From assembly GCA_016871805.1 (NCBI GenBank), contig VHCG01000012.1, positions 5,946 to 69,945 of the forward strand: 64,000 nt of DNA. The letters are read 5' to 3'. This stretch comes from Verrucomicrobiota bacterium. GTDB taxonomy: Bacteria; Verrucomicrobiota; Verrucomicrobiia; Limisphaerales; UBA9464. Below are positions 41,142 through 50,595 of this stretch, piece by piece (position 1 is the first letter of the stretch; each line of letters opens with the position of its first letter). Both the position numbers and the translations under genes were made by a program. The notes under the pieces are model-generated. The model worked only from the letters and a program-made list of their open reading frames with translations, was not told the DNA's origin and did not search any database.

Positions 41142-41644
41142 ACCAGTCCGTGGAACGGATCCACCCTGGACCCACTCCCGTGAACGACGCCCCCTCCATC
41201 GATCCCCAGGCCACGCTTCGGGAGATGCTCCAGACCCTCGGTTTCGAGGTGACCCTCCGTCAGGAGCTCGTCGACGACCAGATCCTCCTCGACATCCAGA
41301 CGGATGACCCAGGGCGGCTCATCGGTCGGTCGGGTCAGACCCTCAGCGAGCTTCAGTACCTGCTCAACCGCCTCGTCTTCCACCAGGACACCAAGATTCC
41401 CCGGATCATCCTCGATGTCTGCGGGTACCGCCAGCAGGCGAAGGAACTCCTGGTGAAGCGGGCCGCCGAGACCGCCGAGAAGGTTCGCCGTTGGGGGGAT
41501 GTCCTCGAGCTCGAGCCGATGAACGCCTACGACCGCTGGGTCGTTCACAACGCCCTCAAGGACGATCCGGACGTGGAGACCACGAGCGTCGAGGTCGAAG
41601 GCAGTGACAAGAAGGTCATCCTCGTCCGCCCCCGGCGTCGCTGA
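41138..41644 (+). CDS. jag: Jag/KhpB-like RNA-binding protein (KH + R3H)
   Basis: ATGA overlap with the yidC stop. KH GxxG (LIGRSGQTLSELQYLLN) and an R3H-like MNAYDRWVVHNAL. Confidence 0.8.
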   Translation: MNQSVERIHPGPTPVNDAPSIDPQATLREMLQTLGFEVTLRQELVDDQILLDIQTDDPGRLIGRSGQTLSELQYLLNRLVFHQDTKIPRIILDVCGYRQQAKELLVKRAAETAEKVRRWGDVLELEPMNAYDRWVVHNALKDDPDVETTSVEVEGSDKKVILVRPRRR

Positions 41645-41662
41645 TCGACCTTGGAATAGGGC

Positions 41663-41706
41663 GGAACGGAAGGCTTGGGAAAATCGGAGGTCTTCCTCTC
41701 CGTTCC
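41663..41706. terminator. stem-loop between convergent jag and rlmI (candidate terminator)
   Basis: ggaacgga (41663-41670) pairs with tccgttcc (41699-41706), with additional inner pairs. A pyrimidine/T-rich run follows (cttcttttcccc). Confidence 0.35.
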
Positions 41707-41749
41707 TCCTCGCTTCTGCTCCCTTCTTTTCCCCTGAGGATGTCCGGGT

Positions 41750-42952
41750 CTAGGCGACCCTCTCGTAGGTGAACCCCTTGAGATATTCCGTCTCCGGGAT
41801 CGACGGCACCACGGGGTGATCGGGCGACTGGCTGTGGCTCGCCACCCTCCGGAGAATGACTCGGGTATCGATCGCCGCCGCGAGGATGACGTCCTCGAAA
41901 AGCACTCGGTCGACATGGTGGGAGCAGCAGAAGGTCGATAGCAGGCCACCCGGTTTCAGGAGGCGGAGGGCCCGGAGGTGGATCTCCTTGTAGCCGCGAA
42001 GCGCGTCGGGCACGGAGGATCGATTCCGGGTGAACGACGGAGGGTCGAGAATGATGAGGTCGTAGCGGGGGATGACCTTCTCGCTGGGTCCGACAGCGGT
42101 CCGGGCCTTGAGCCAGTCGAAGACATTGGCGGTCTCGAATTCGACCCGGTCTGCGAGGCCGTTGGCCGCCGCATTGCGCTGGGCCGCGGCCACGGCGTCG
42201 GCGCTCTGGTCCAGCGCATGGACCCGCTTGGCCCCCGCCCGGGCGGCGTGCAGGGCGAAGCCGCCGGCGAAGCTGAAGCAGTCGAGCACCTCGTGGGCCC
42301 CTTTTGCCAGATCCCCGACCGCCGCGTAGTTGGCCTGCTGGTCGAGATACATCCCGGTCTTGTGGCCCTCCGCAAGGTTCGTCAGGAACCGGATGCCGTT
42401 GAGATCCACCTCGATCTCGCCCACGGGCTCGCCCCAGATCAATCCCTGGGCCTCCGCGAGGCCGTCGAACTTCCGCGAGGCCGTGTCGCTGCGCTCGAGG
42501 ATCGCCCGAGGATCCAAAAGGTCCTTCAGCACCTCCACGATCGTCGACTTCCTGAGCTCCATGCCGAGGGAGCTGATCTGGATCACCAGGACGTCGTCGT
42601 AGCGGTCCACAATCAGACCGCTGAGGAAGTCGCTTTCCGCGTTCACCAGACGGTAGGAGGTCGTCCCCGGCATCCAACGCTGGCGGTGCGCCAGCGCCGC
42701 TCCGATCCGCTGGCGGAAGAAGCTGTGGTTGGGCTCGATGCGGTCGCGGTCCAGGAGTCGGACCACGATCTTAGACCGGGAGTTGTAGAAGCCCGTCCCG
42801 AGCAGGCGCTGCCGGTGGTCCTTGACCTGGACCAGGTCGCCGTCGGTGACGGGCGCGGTCAGGCGCAGCACGGAGTTGGAGTAGATCCAGGGGTGGCCGG
42901 CGACGATGCGGTCGGCCTCACCTGGCTTGAGCAGGACAGAGACGAGGGACAT
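41750..42952 (-). CDS. rlmI: class I SAM-dependent rRNA m5C methyltransferase RlmI-like
   Basis: PUA-like N-terminus (LKPGEADRIVAGHPWIYSN), SAM site VLDCFSFAGGFALHAA, and DLIILDPPSF. ATG at 42952. Confidence 0.85.
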   Translation of the reverse strand: MSLVSVLLKPGEADRIVAGHPWIYSNSVLRLTAPVTDGDLVQVKDHRQRLLGTGFYNSRSKIVVRLLDRDRIEPNHSFFRQRIGAALAHRQRWMPGTTSYRLVNAESDFLSGLIVDRYDDVLVIQISSLGMELRKSTIVEVLKDLLDPRAILERSDTASRKFDGLAEAQGLIWGEPVGEIEVDLNGIRFLTNLAEGHKTGMYLDQQANYAAVGDLAKGAHEVLDCFSFAGGFALHAARAGAKRVHALDQSADAVAAAQRNAAANGLADRVEFETANVFDWLKARTAVGPSEKVIPRYDLIILDPPSFTRNRSSVPDALRGYKEIHLRALRLLKPGGLLSTFCCSHHVDRVLFEDVILAAAIDTRVILRRVASHSQSPDHPVVPSIPETEYLKGFTYERVA

Positions 42953-43148
42953 GGCTCGTAGACAGGATTCCGGAGGCATCCGGAAGAGGGAGGAGAATAC
43001 GCGAGGACCCGGGGGGACGGGAAGGGGCATTCGGGGTGGTGGCCGCGGCGGGCTTGGGTCGGAGGCGGGACATCGATCCCTTGTACGACCCAACCCGTGC
43101 CAAACCCGGGCTTCCCATAACTCACGGGGATCGATAGACAGCCGGGCC

Positions 43149-43691
43149 ATGGAGTCCCACGAGGTGCTGCGCGAGGTGATCAAGGAGACGAGCCCGAAGA
43201 AGATCTCGGCCGACCTCAACGTCTCGATGTCCCTCATCTACAAGTGGTGTGAGAAACCGGCCGAGGACCAGGGAGCCACGGGGGCCAATCCTCTGGACCG
43301 GGTGGACCAGCTCATGCGTGCGACGGGCGATGCCCGGATCATCCACTGGCTCTGTCACCAGGCTGGGGGGTTCTTCATCCGGAACCCCGAGCGTCGGGAA
43401 ACCCATCCCGAGTACCTCATCCCGGCCACGAACCAGATCGTCCGGGAATTCGCCGACCTCCTCGCCGCCATCACCGAGACCTCCGGGGGGAACCAGGTGG
43501 GCCCCAAGGAATCCGAGGTGATCCGGCGGCGCTGGGAGGAGCTCAAGAGCGACACCGAGACCTTCGTCGCCCTCTGTGAGGCCGGGAACTTCAGTGGCGT
43601 CCACGAGGCCGCCAAGGCCTTGGGCTCTGCGCGCACGGCTCCGGTCGGTGGAGCCATGCCAGGTGCCGGCGTCCGCCCGGCGCGCTCCTGA
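43149..43691 (+). CDS. hypothetical helix-turn-helix protein
   Basis: MESHEVLREVIKETSPKKISADLNVSMSLIYKWCEKP looks like an N-terminal HTH, followed by a roughly 120-aa helical domain. No family confidently recognised. Confidence 0.5.
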   Translation: MESHEVLREVIKETSPKKISADLNVSMSLIYKWCEKPAEDQGATGANPLDRVDQLMRATGDARIIHWLCHQAGGFFIRNPERRETHPEYLIPATNQIVREFADLLAAITETSGGNQVGPKESEVIRRRWEELKSDTETFVALCEAGNFSGVHEAAKALGSARTAPVGGAMPGAGVRPARS

Positions 43692-43712
43692 GTTCCGGGG
43701 TTGGCGGCCAGC

Positions 43713-46364
43713 TCACGGCCACGGGAAGCTGCCGTGTTTCGACCGCAGCTGCGTCCGGAGTGTGGGGTAGGTCTTCGATCTCCACTGTGGAAAATCCGTC
43801 GTGGTGCCCAGCCGCTTCTGGTCGGGCGCAAGCAGCACCAACGAGACGGGCAACCGCCCCTCCGCGATCCGGGGATGCTCCTTCAGTGCGAGGCAGTCGG
43901 TCACTCGGACCTGCAGCTCGGGAAACGTCGATTCGTCGGCGTCGGTCGACGGATCCGGGTAGACCAGCTTCCCGCCCAGACCCGTTCCCGTGGGAAGGAC
44001 CAGCGGCATCAGCTCCTCGAGGAATCCCCGCTGGGCGGCATCAAGATGCCGCTCGAATGCCGGTGCGAGGTCGATCGACTGGGCGTCCTTCACGAGCGTG
44101 ACCCCATGGAAGGCCCGGGCGAGCGCGCCACGCAGGGCGGCACCGTCGAACGGTGGGATCTCCAGTTCCGGCACAATCCTCGAGAGCAGATGCACCCGGG
44201 CGATGAACTGTCGGATCCGATGGTTCAGATTCGGAAGGTCGAACCAGCCCGAGGCGAAGGCGTCCGCCAGCGCCATACCCGCCGCGGCGGGGTCGATGTC
44301 CCGAGCATGCTCGCGACCGATCACCAGATCGAGGAACCGGCGCTCGCGGATCGCCGCCACCCGCTTGTGGACGCGGTCGACCTCGCAGCCCGCCCGCTCC
44401 GAGAGGTGCTGCGGATAGAGCTCGGTCAGCCATTCGGGTCTCACCGCCGTCGCGAGGCCCAGGAGCGTGGTCCGACCGTGTCGCCCGTCCACCTCGCGCA
44501 CCGATCCCACCACCAGGAGCGGTGCGTCGACCAGGCTCTCCCGGACGAGGGTCCCCTTTCGGCCCTCGGTCAGACGGCAGTCCAGCGTCCCCGAGTTTTC
44601 GCGCACGGCAAGTTGGTCGATGAACCCCGCCGTCAGACACAGCAGCAGCGGATCGGTTGCCTCGACAGCCTTCCGGTGCGGCGTCCCCGAAGCCGTCGTG
44701 GAGAGCCCGCCGGAACCGGTTTCGGCCTGGGAATCCGTCTCCGGTTCCTGGTGGAGACCCTGCCGTGTCGCGATCGATATCAGCTGACGGTAGGTGTCGT
44801 CGATCTGTCGGGCCGTCTGCGCATGGATGCCGTGGCGTCGGCAGGAGACGACGTCGAACCGCTGGCTGCGGGCGAACTGGAAGGCGCGCATCAGCGTGTG
44901 GAAGTCGCTGTGGCGGCTGGCCTCGAACAGCTCCCGGGCCTCCCGGACGGCTCCGTCCTCGCGGCCGAGCCGCACCAGGAGGTCCCGCCCGCCGGTCAGC
45001 GCCGCGCACAGTGCGGCCGCCGGCACGCAGCCGCGTCGGGACGCCTCCACCAGCAGACGGGAATAGCGGGGATGCATCGGCAGCCGGAGCATCTGACGTC
45101 CGATCGGTGTCAGGTCGCCGCCGTTCCCGGAGGGGTCCGATCCAAGCGCCCCGAGGATTCGGAGCAGGCCCTCCGCACGGGCGACGGCCTCGGCATCGGG
45201 ACGATCGAGCCAGTCGAATCCAACCGCATCCCGGATTCCGAGCGAGTGCAGCAGCAACACCACCTCGGCGAGGTCTGCCCGCTGGATCTCCGGGGTGTTG
45301 CGGGGGGGGCGGTCCAGGTGTGCGCTCTCGGTCCAGAGCCGCCAGCAGGTGCCCGGTGCGGTCCGTCCCGCCCGCCCTGCCCGCTGGTCGGCCGAGGCCC
45401 GGCTGATGGGTTCGATCGCCAGTGTCTGGACGCCCCGCTCGGTATCATGACGCGCAATCCGTGCGAGACCCGCATCGACCACATGGCGGATGCCGTCGAT
45501 CGTCACGCTGGTCTCCGCCACGTTCGTCGACACGACGATCTTCCGCTGGTGGAACGGGGCGAAGGCCCGGTCCTGATCCTCCGGCGACAGGTCGCCATGG
45601 AGAGGCAGCAGGACGCAGGGCGAGCCCAGGTGCGCCGCGCGCAACGCGTTCAGGGTGGCGAGGATCTCACCCATGCCGGGCATGAAGACCAGGATGTCCC
45701 CCTCGGCCCCGGACCGGACCAGCCGTTCCACGGCGTCGGCCGCCTGTTCGGAGGGCGGTCGGCGATCCCCATACTCCGCCCATTGGATGTCGACCGGGTA
45801 GGTCCGTCCCTCGGAGACCAGGATTGGGGCGGGTTTCCCCGGTTCGGCGGCCAGGTAGCGGGCAACCGGCTCGGCGTCGAGGGTGGCCGACATCACGACC
45901 AGCTTGAGGTCGGGACGACGGGTCTGCTGCAGGCGCTTGGCGAGGGCCAGGGCGACATCGCTCAGGAGGTTGCGCTCGTGGAACTCGTCGAAGACGAGGA
46001 TGCCGATGTCCCGGAGCTCCGGATCGTCCTGGAACCAGCGGAGGAGGATCCCCTCGGTAACGAAGGCGATGCGGGTCGTGGCCCCGATGTGGTCCTCGAA
46101 CCGGACCTGGTATCCGACCTCCGTGCCGAGCGGCTGGTTGCGTTCCCAGGCGACGCGGGTGGCGACGCTGCGGGCGGCGACCCGTCGGGGTTGGAGGACG
46201 ACGATGCGGCGCTCCCCGGCGAGGCCGGCGTCCAGGAGCATCTGGGGGACCTGGGTCGTCTTTCCGGATCCGGTCGCGGCCACGAGGACCAGACGGTTGC
46301 GAGGGTTGAGGGCGGACAGGATCTCGCCGTGGAGCTGCCAGACCGGGAGGTCGCTGGGAGACAT
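43713..46364 (-). CDS. hrpB: ATP-dependent RNA helicase HrpB (DEAH-box)
   Basis: AATGSGKTTQVPQ, VFDEFHER, HA2/OB region and an HrpB-specific C-terminal domain; 883 aa. Confidence 0.9.
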   Translation of the reverse strand: MSPSDLPVWQLHGEILSALNPRNRLVLVAATGSGKTTQVPQMLLDAGLAGERRIVVLQPRRVAARSVATRVAWERNQPLGTEVGYQVRFEDHIGATTRIAFVTEGILLRWFQDDPELRDIGILVFDEFHERNLLSDVALALAKRLQQTRRPDLKLVVMSATLDAEPVARYLAAEPGKPAPILVSEGRTYPVDIQWAEYGDRRPPSEQAADAVERLVRSGAEGDILVFMPGMGEILATLNALRAAHLGSPCVLLPLHGDLSPEDQDRAFAPFHQRKIVVSTNVAETSVTIDGIRHVVDAGLARIARHDTERGVQTLAIEPISRASADQRAGRAGRTAPGTCWRLWTESAHLDRPPRNTPEIQRADLAEVVLLLHSLGIRDAVGFDWLDRPDAEAVARAEGLLRILGALGSDPSGNGGDLTPIGRQMLRLPMHPRYSRLLVEASRRGCVPAAALCAALTGGRDLLVRLGREDGAVREARELFEASRHSDFHTLMRAFQFARSQRFDVVSCRRHGIHAQTARQIDDTYRQLISIATRQGLHQEPETDSQAETGSGGLSTTASGTPHRKAVEATDPLLLCLTAGFIDQLAVRENSGTLDCRLTEGRKGTLVRESLVDAPLLVVGSVREVDGRHGRTTLLGLATAVRPEWLTELYPQHLSERAGCEVDRVHKRVAAIRERRFLDLVIGREHARDIDPAAAGMALADAFASGWFDLPNLNHRIRQFIARVHLLSRIVPELEIPPFDGAALRGALARAFHGVTLVKDAQSIDLAPAFERHLDAAQRGFLEELMPLVLPTGTGLGGKLVYPDPSTDADESTFPELQVRVTDCLALKEHPRIAEGRLPVSLVLLAPDQKRLGTTTDFPQWRSKTYPTLRTQLRSKHGSFPWP

Positions 46365-46379
46365 GAGGGTCGGGAGCGA

Positions 46380-46679
46380 TCAGGGCTTCCGGATCAGCGC
46401 CCAGACCAGGCCGGCAGTCAGGAGGGTGAGGATGAGCAGCATCCCGGATGGCATGAACTTCCGGGTCGCTGCCAGCCGCTTGGCGAAGATGACCACGAGG
46501 CTGCCCAGGACGAGCGGCACCACCCTGAAGGGAAGGAGCCCCGCCGCGGCGAGGGCCAGAGGGATGGCCGAAGCCACCGAGGCGATCAGGGAGGCCTTGC
46601 TCCGGGCCTTGAGGAAGCCCACGACCCCTCCGACGATCAGCAGCCCGGTGAAGGCCCACACGACTTGGTTCCAGCTCAT
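46380..46679 (-). CDS. small four-helix membrane protein (TMEM14/UPF0136-like)
   Basis: 99 aa, almost entirely hydrophobic helices (WAFTGLLIVGGVVGFLKARSKASLIAS...). It sits 15 nt upstream of hrpB. Confidence 0.6.
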   Translation of the reverse strand: MSWNQVVWAFTGLLIVGGVVGFLKARSKASLIASVASAIPLALAAAGLLPFRVVPLVLGSLVVIFAKRLAATRKFMPSGMLLILTLLTAGLVWALIRKP

Positions 46680-46742
46680 GACCGGATCAGCCTATCGGGT
46701 GGACCCGGTCAGGGAACGTCAAAGTGGGGCTAGTGCGGAAAG

Positions 46743-49193
46743 TCATCGGGGCCAGCCGATGTCCTTCACCGTATCCCCTTCGATGCGGAGACGGCGCGCC
46801 CGGATGTCGGATCCCTCGCCCTCCTCGTAGTAGACGATCAGCAGGGACCCATCGCGGAGGTTCACGATCGAGGGATAGGCCCCGATGACCGGATCAATCC
46901 GGGTGGCCTCCGACCACGACCGGCCTTCGTCGCGACTCACCCGCAGTGCGGTGCCGCGGGTCTCGCCGGCAACCGGTTGCCGGTAGGCCAGGACGATCTC
47001 CCCTCCTGGAGCCCGATGCAGATAGGGACAGTGTCCGACAAACCCGAGGGGTTCGGCCGGGATCCAGTGGGCACCCCGGTCCTGGGACCGGCTGAGGTTC
47101 ATCGGAGCTCCCTTGCCACCACGAAGCGCGGCCAGGAGTCCGCCATCCTTCAGCTCGATCACATCCGTCTCGGCATCGAGGAACTGCCCACGGCTGTCGA
47201 TGGGCGCAGGTGGTTCCCAGGTCCTTCCGTGGTCGAGGCTTCGCAGCGTGGCGCCATGGGCCGTCTGGGCATCCTCGAAATACACCCCGAGGATCAGGGT
47301 GCCGTCGGACAGCTCCCGGACCGGGGTGCTGACACCGAGGCGGGGTCCGATCAGACGAGGCGAGCTCCACGGCCCGGAAGGCCCCTGGGCCTCGGTCAAA
47401 AGCGTTCCGGCCGTGGTGAAGAAGCTGCAGAGAAGCCGGCCGTCCCGGAGCTGGGTGATCGAGGGATCCCGGTCGTCCACCGGTGTGTCGAGGAGGGTTT
47501 CGGGGGGCGTCCAGGTGCGCCCTTCGTCGCTCGACCAGCTGGCGACGATCCGGCCGCCCAGAGGCCATTCCGGGGAGGGCACGCCGACGTGGGTGTAGGA
47601 CGCATAGGTGATGCACTGAAGGCGTCCGTCCCGGAGCCGGCAGACGTCGGGAAAGGCCTCGTAGCGTCCGGCTCCCCCGTCGGAGAACACCGTCACGAAG
47701 GGCCGGGGAGACCGCGTGCCGACTTCCCCGGTAGGAGTGGATTTTTGGAACCGGAAGGAAAACAGGTCGGCGTCCTTCAGGACGAAGCGGATCTGGACCG
47801 GCTTCCCGGCGATCTCACGCAGCCGTGCCCCGGAGGTCCAGGCCACCGGTCGGGACAGCGCGTCACCGATGAGTTCCGGGCAGTCGGACAGCGCAAATCC
47901 GGGGAGTGGCGTGCCTGCGTCGTCCTGGATCTCCACCCGCACGAAACCCGCGGCGCTGGTCGAGAGGTTCAGTTCTAGGACGTCCCCGGAGAAGGTGATG
48001 GGTCGCGTGAGGCATTCACCCCGGGTGTATCCGGCGTGGAGGGAGGCGAGGCCGTCCGGGCGCAGCGTAAGCCGCTCAAGGTGGATCGACGGCTGGCCAT
48101 AGTGTCGGACCACGTACAAGGACAGTTCGTCGGGCGCGGTCTGGAGGAGTCCGAGCGCGGGGTAGTTGGCCCGCGCCACCCAGTTCCTCGGATCGAGTCC
48201 GGGTCGGAGGAAGCTCTCGAGGAATGTCCGATCATACCGTCTCCCGCCCCGGCTCGTGAGCAGCACGGCGTCGGAGTCGTCCTGTCTCAGCCCCGGATAG
48301 TTCCAAGGCGCCTCGAGGTCGAGGTCCCGGACCTGTCCCGGGGTCAGTGCCTGTCGGCCCGGATTGAACCGGGCGGCGATCCCCACGTAGAGGTGGGGGG
48401 CCCGGGCATAGGGCCGGGTCTGGTTGATGTAGAGATGCTCCGGCGGGGCGTCGCCGAACTCCATCGGCTCGGGAGCCGTCCAATCGAGGAAGTTGGTCGA
48501 GGTCGATCGGGCGATCCACCGGACGTCGTTCGTCCAGGTCCGGAAATAGCAGCAGTAGCGCTGTTCGGGTTCCGACCAGAACACGACGTTCTGGGAGTCG
48601 AACTGCCCCTGGGTGATGAGCGGGGTTGGCCTGACCGGCCGCCAGTGTCGTCCGTCCGCGGACTCGTAGCCGAAGAGTCCGCCGGCCCCGGTGCCGCCCA
48701 CCGCCTTGAACCGCTGGTCGGCCGGAACTCCCGGACGCCGGTCGATGAAGGGACAGAAGTTGTGGGTGACGGTCTTGGGCTCGACCAGGAACACATTGTT
48801 GTCCCGGGTGCCCGCCACCTCGAACAGCCCGAGGTTGGGGCGGGTCCAGTGGACGCCGTCCAGGCTCTCCGCAACGCAGGACACCTCTCTCGCCTCGTCG
48901 CTGGCGTCGGCATGCGATGTGGACGGGCGACCCCGGTAGTAGAGGAGGAACCGTCCCGCGTCCTCGAGGACCGTGACATAGCCCGACACGATGCCTTCCC
49001 ACGGCCGATCGAATCGGAACACGACCCCGGCGGGACGTGGGGTCTGCAGACGGAGCTCGGTGCGGTCGAGCCGTTCGATCAAGGCCCGATCCACGAAGAG
49101 CTCGCGTCGATCCCCAAGGGGCGTGACCTCCGCCCTGGCGAACAGTTGAAGCAGGGAGAGCACTGTCAGCAGACGGGCACAGCGTGGGGGCAT
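46743..49193 (-). CDS. secreted two-module glycosidase-like protein: N-terminal beta-propeller-like domain + C-terminal BNR/Asp-box sialidase-like domain
   Basis: Signal peptide MPPRCARLLTVLSLLQLFARA. Four Asp-box repeats are present: SSDEGRTW, SLDHGRTW, SQDRGAHW and SRDEGRSW. ATG at 49193 is preferred over the TTG at 49229. Confidence 0.75.
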   Translation of the reverse strand: MPPRCARLLTVLSLLQLFARAEVTPLGDRRELFVDRALIERLDRTELRLQTPRPAGVVFRFDRPWEGIVSGYVTVLEDAGRFLLYYRGRPSTSHADASDEAREVSCVAESLDGVHWTRPNLGLFEVAGTRDNNVFLVEPKTVTHNFCPFIDRRPGVPADQRFKAVGGTGAGGLFGYESADGRHWRPVRPTPLITQGQFDSQNVVFWSEPEQRYCCYFRTWTNDVRWIARSTSTNFLDWTAPEPMEFGDAPPEHLYINQTRPYARAPHLYVGIAARFNPGRQALTPGQVRDLDLEAPWNYPGLRQDDSDAVLLTSRGGRRYDRTFLESFLRPGLDPRNWVARANYPALGLLQTAPDELSLYVVRHYGQPSIHLERLTLRPDGLASLHAGYTRGECLTRPITFSGDVLELNLSTSAAGFVRVEIQDDAGTPLPGFALSDCPELIGDALSRPVAWTSGARLREIAGKPVQIRFVLKDADLFSFRFQKSTPTGEVGTRSPRPFVTVFSDGGAGRYEAFPDVCRLRDGRLQCITYASYTHVGVPSPEWPLGGRIVASWSSDEGRTWTPPETLLDTPVDDRDPSITQLRDGRLLCSFFTTAGTLLTEAQGPSGPWSSPRLIGPRLGVSTPVRELSDGTLILGVYFEDAQTAHGATLRSLDHGRTWEPPAPIDSRGQFLDAETDVIELKDGGLLAALRGGKGAPMNLSRSQDRGAHWIPAEPLGFVGHCPYLHRAPGGEIVLAYRQPVAGETRGTALRVSRDEGRSWSEATRIDPVIGAYPSIVNLRDGSLLIVYYEEGEGSDIRARRLRIEGDTVKDIGWPR

Positions 49194-49375
49194 GGGGGAA
49201 GGAGACCAGAGTGCGGATCCCTTGTGCAACGTGGGTCCTGCGGGCGTGGGGTTGAGACTCGAGCGGTGCCGGCGGGTGGCTGTCGTTCCGAACCCTTCGC
49301 GTGGAACTCGTGCCTCAGCGTTTGGAACTCTTCCTTGCCCGAGGATGCGCCCACCTTAACCTGCCCGCCCATCGT

Positions 49376-50527
49376 ATGGCTGAACTGACGAACGAGGAGA
49401 TCCGACGCTATTCCCGACACCTGATCCTGCCCGAGGTTGGCCTCGCCGGTCAGAAGAAGATCCGCAACGCCTCCGTGCTGTGCATCGGCGCCGGCGGCCT
49501 GGGGTCGCCCATTGCCATGTACCTCGCCGCCGCGGGCGTCGGAAAGCTGGGCATCGTGGACTTCGACACGGTCGACTACTCCAACCTCCAGCGGCAGATC
49601 CTCCACACGGATGCCGACGTCGGGGTCTCGAAGGCCGAGTCGGCCAAGGTCACGCTCAACGCCCTCAATCCCAACACGGAGGTCGTGCTTCACAAGACCC
49701 GGATCTCGTCGGAGAACGCGCTCGAATTGATCCGCCCCTACGACATCGTCGTGGATGGCACAGACAACTTCCCGACGCGCTATCTGACCAACGATGCCTG
49801 CGTCCTTCTGAAGAAGCCGAACGTGTACGGCTCGATCTTCCGGTTCGAGGGGCAGGCGAGCGTCTTCGCGCCGCAGATGGGCGGACCCTGCTACCGCTGC
49901 CTGTATCCCGAGCCGCCCCCGCCGGGCATGGTTCCAAGCTGCGCCGAGGGTGGAGTGCTGGGGGTGTTGCCGGGGATCATCGGCTGCATCCAGGCGACGG
50001 AGATCCTCAAGCTGATCCTCGGCAAGGGGTCCCATCTCACGTCACGGCTGCTGCTCTTCAACGCCCTCGACATGAAGTTCCGCGAGCTGAAGCTCCGTCG
50101 GGATCCGAAGTGCCCGGTCTGCGGGGATCATCCGACGATCACGGAGCTGATCGACTACGAGCAGTTCTGTGGAGTCGTGCCGGAGCCCGTCGTGGCGGGA
50201 CAGAATCCCGACGAGGTGACGGTGCAGGACATGCAAAACGCCCTGAAGTCTCCGGAAAAGGGGATCCGGGTCATCGACGTCCGGGAGCCGGACGAGTACG
50301 AAATCGCCCGCGTGGCGGGGGTTCCGCTGTTTCCGCTGAGCCGTCTGAACCAGCAGTTCACGGAGCTGGATCCCAACCAGCAGATCTACATCCATTGCAA
50401 GGCGGGCAAGCGGTCGATGAAAGCCCTCGAGTTCCTGCGGCAGCAGGGATTCAAGTACGTGAAGTCGGTCAAGGGCGGCATCGATGCGTGGTCCGACCAG
50501 ATCGACCCGGGTGTCCCCAAGTACTGA
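49376..50527 (+). CDS. moeB: MoeB/ThiF-type adenylyltransferase fused to rhodanese (MoeZ-like)
   Basis: YSRHLILPEVG..GQ, CIGAGGLGSP, zinc cysteines CYRC...CPVC, and a C-terminal rhodanese with active-site CKAGKRS. Confidence 0.9.
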   Translation: MAELTNEEIRRYSRHLILPEVGLAGQKKIRNASVLCIGAGGLGSPIAMYLAAAGVGKLGIVDFDTVDYSNLQRQILHTDADVGVSKAESAKVTLNALNPNTEVVLHKTRISSENALELIRPYDIVVDGTDNFPTRYLTNDACVLLKKPNVYGSIFRFEGQASVFAPQMGGPCYRCLYPEPPPPGMVPSCAEGGVLGVLPGIIGCIQATEILKLILGKGSHLTSRLLLFNALDMKFRELKLRRDPKCPVCGDHPTITELIDYEQFCGVVPEPVVAGQNPDEVTVQDMQNALKSPEKGIRVIDVREPDEYEIARVAGVPLFPLSRLNQQFTELDPNQQIYIHCKAGKRSMKALEFLRQQGFKYVKSVKGGIDAWSDQIDPGVPKY

Positions 50528-50595
50528 TCCCCTGGCACGCGTGTCCCGTCCGCGGGTTGCAATGCCTGTCCTGCCCCACCATTCTCCCGCATCCC

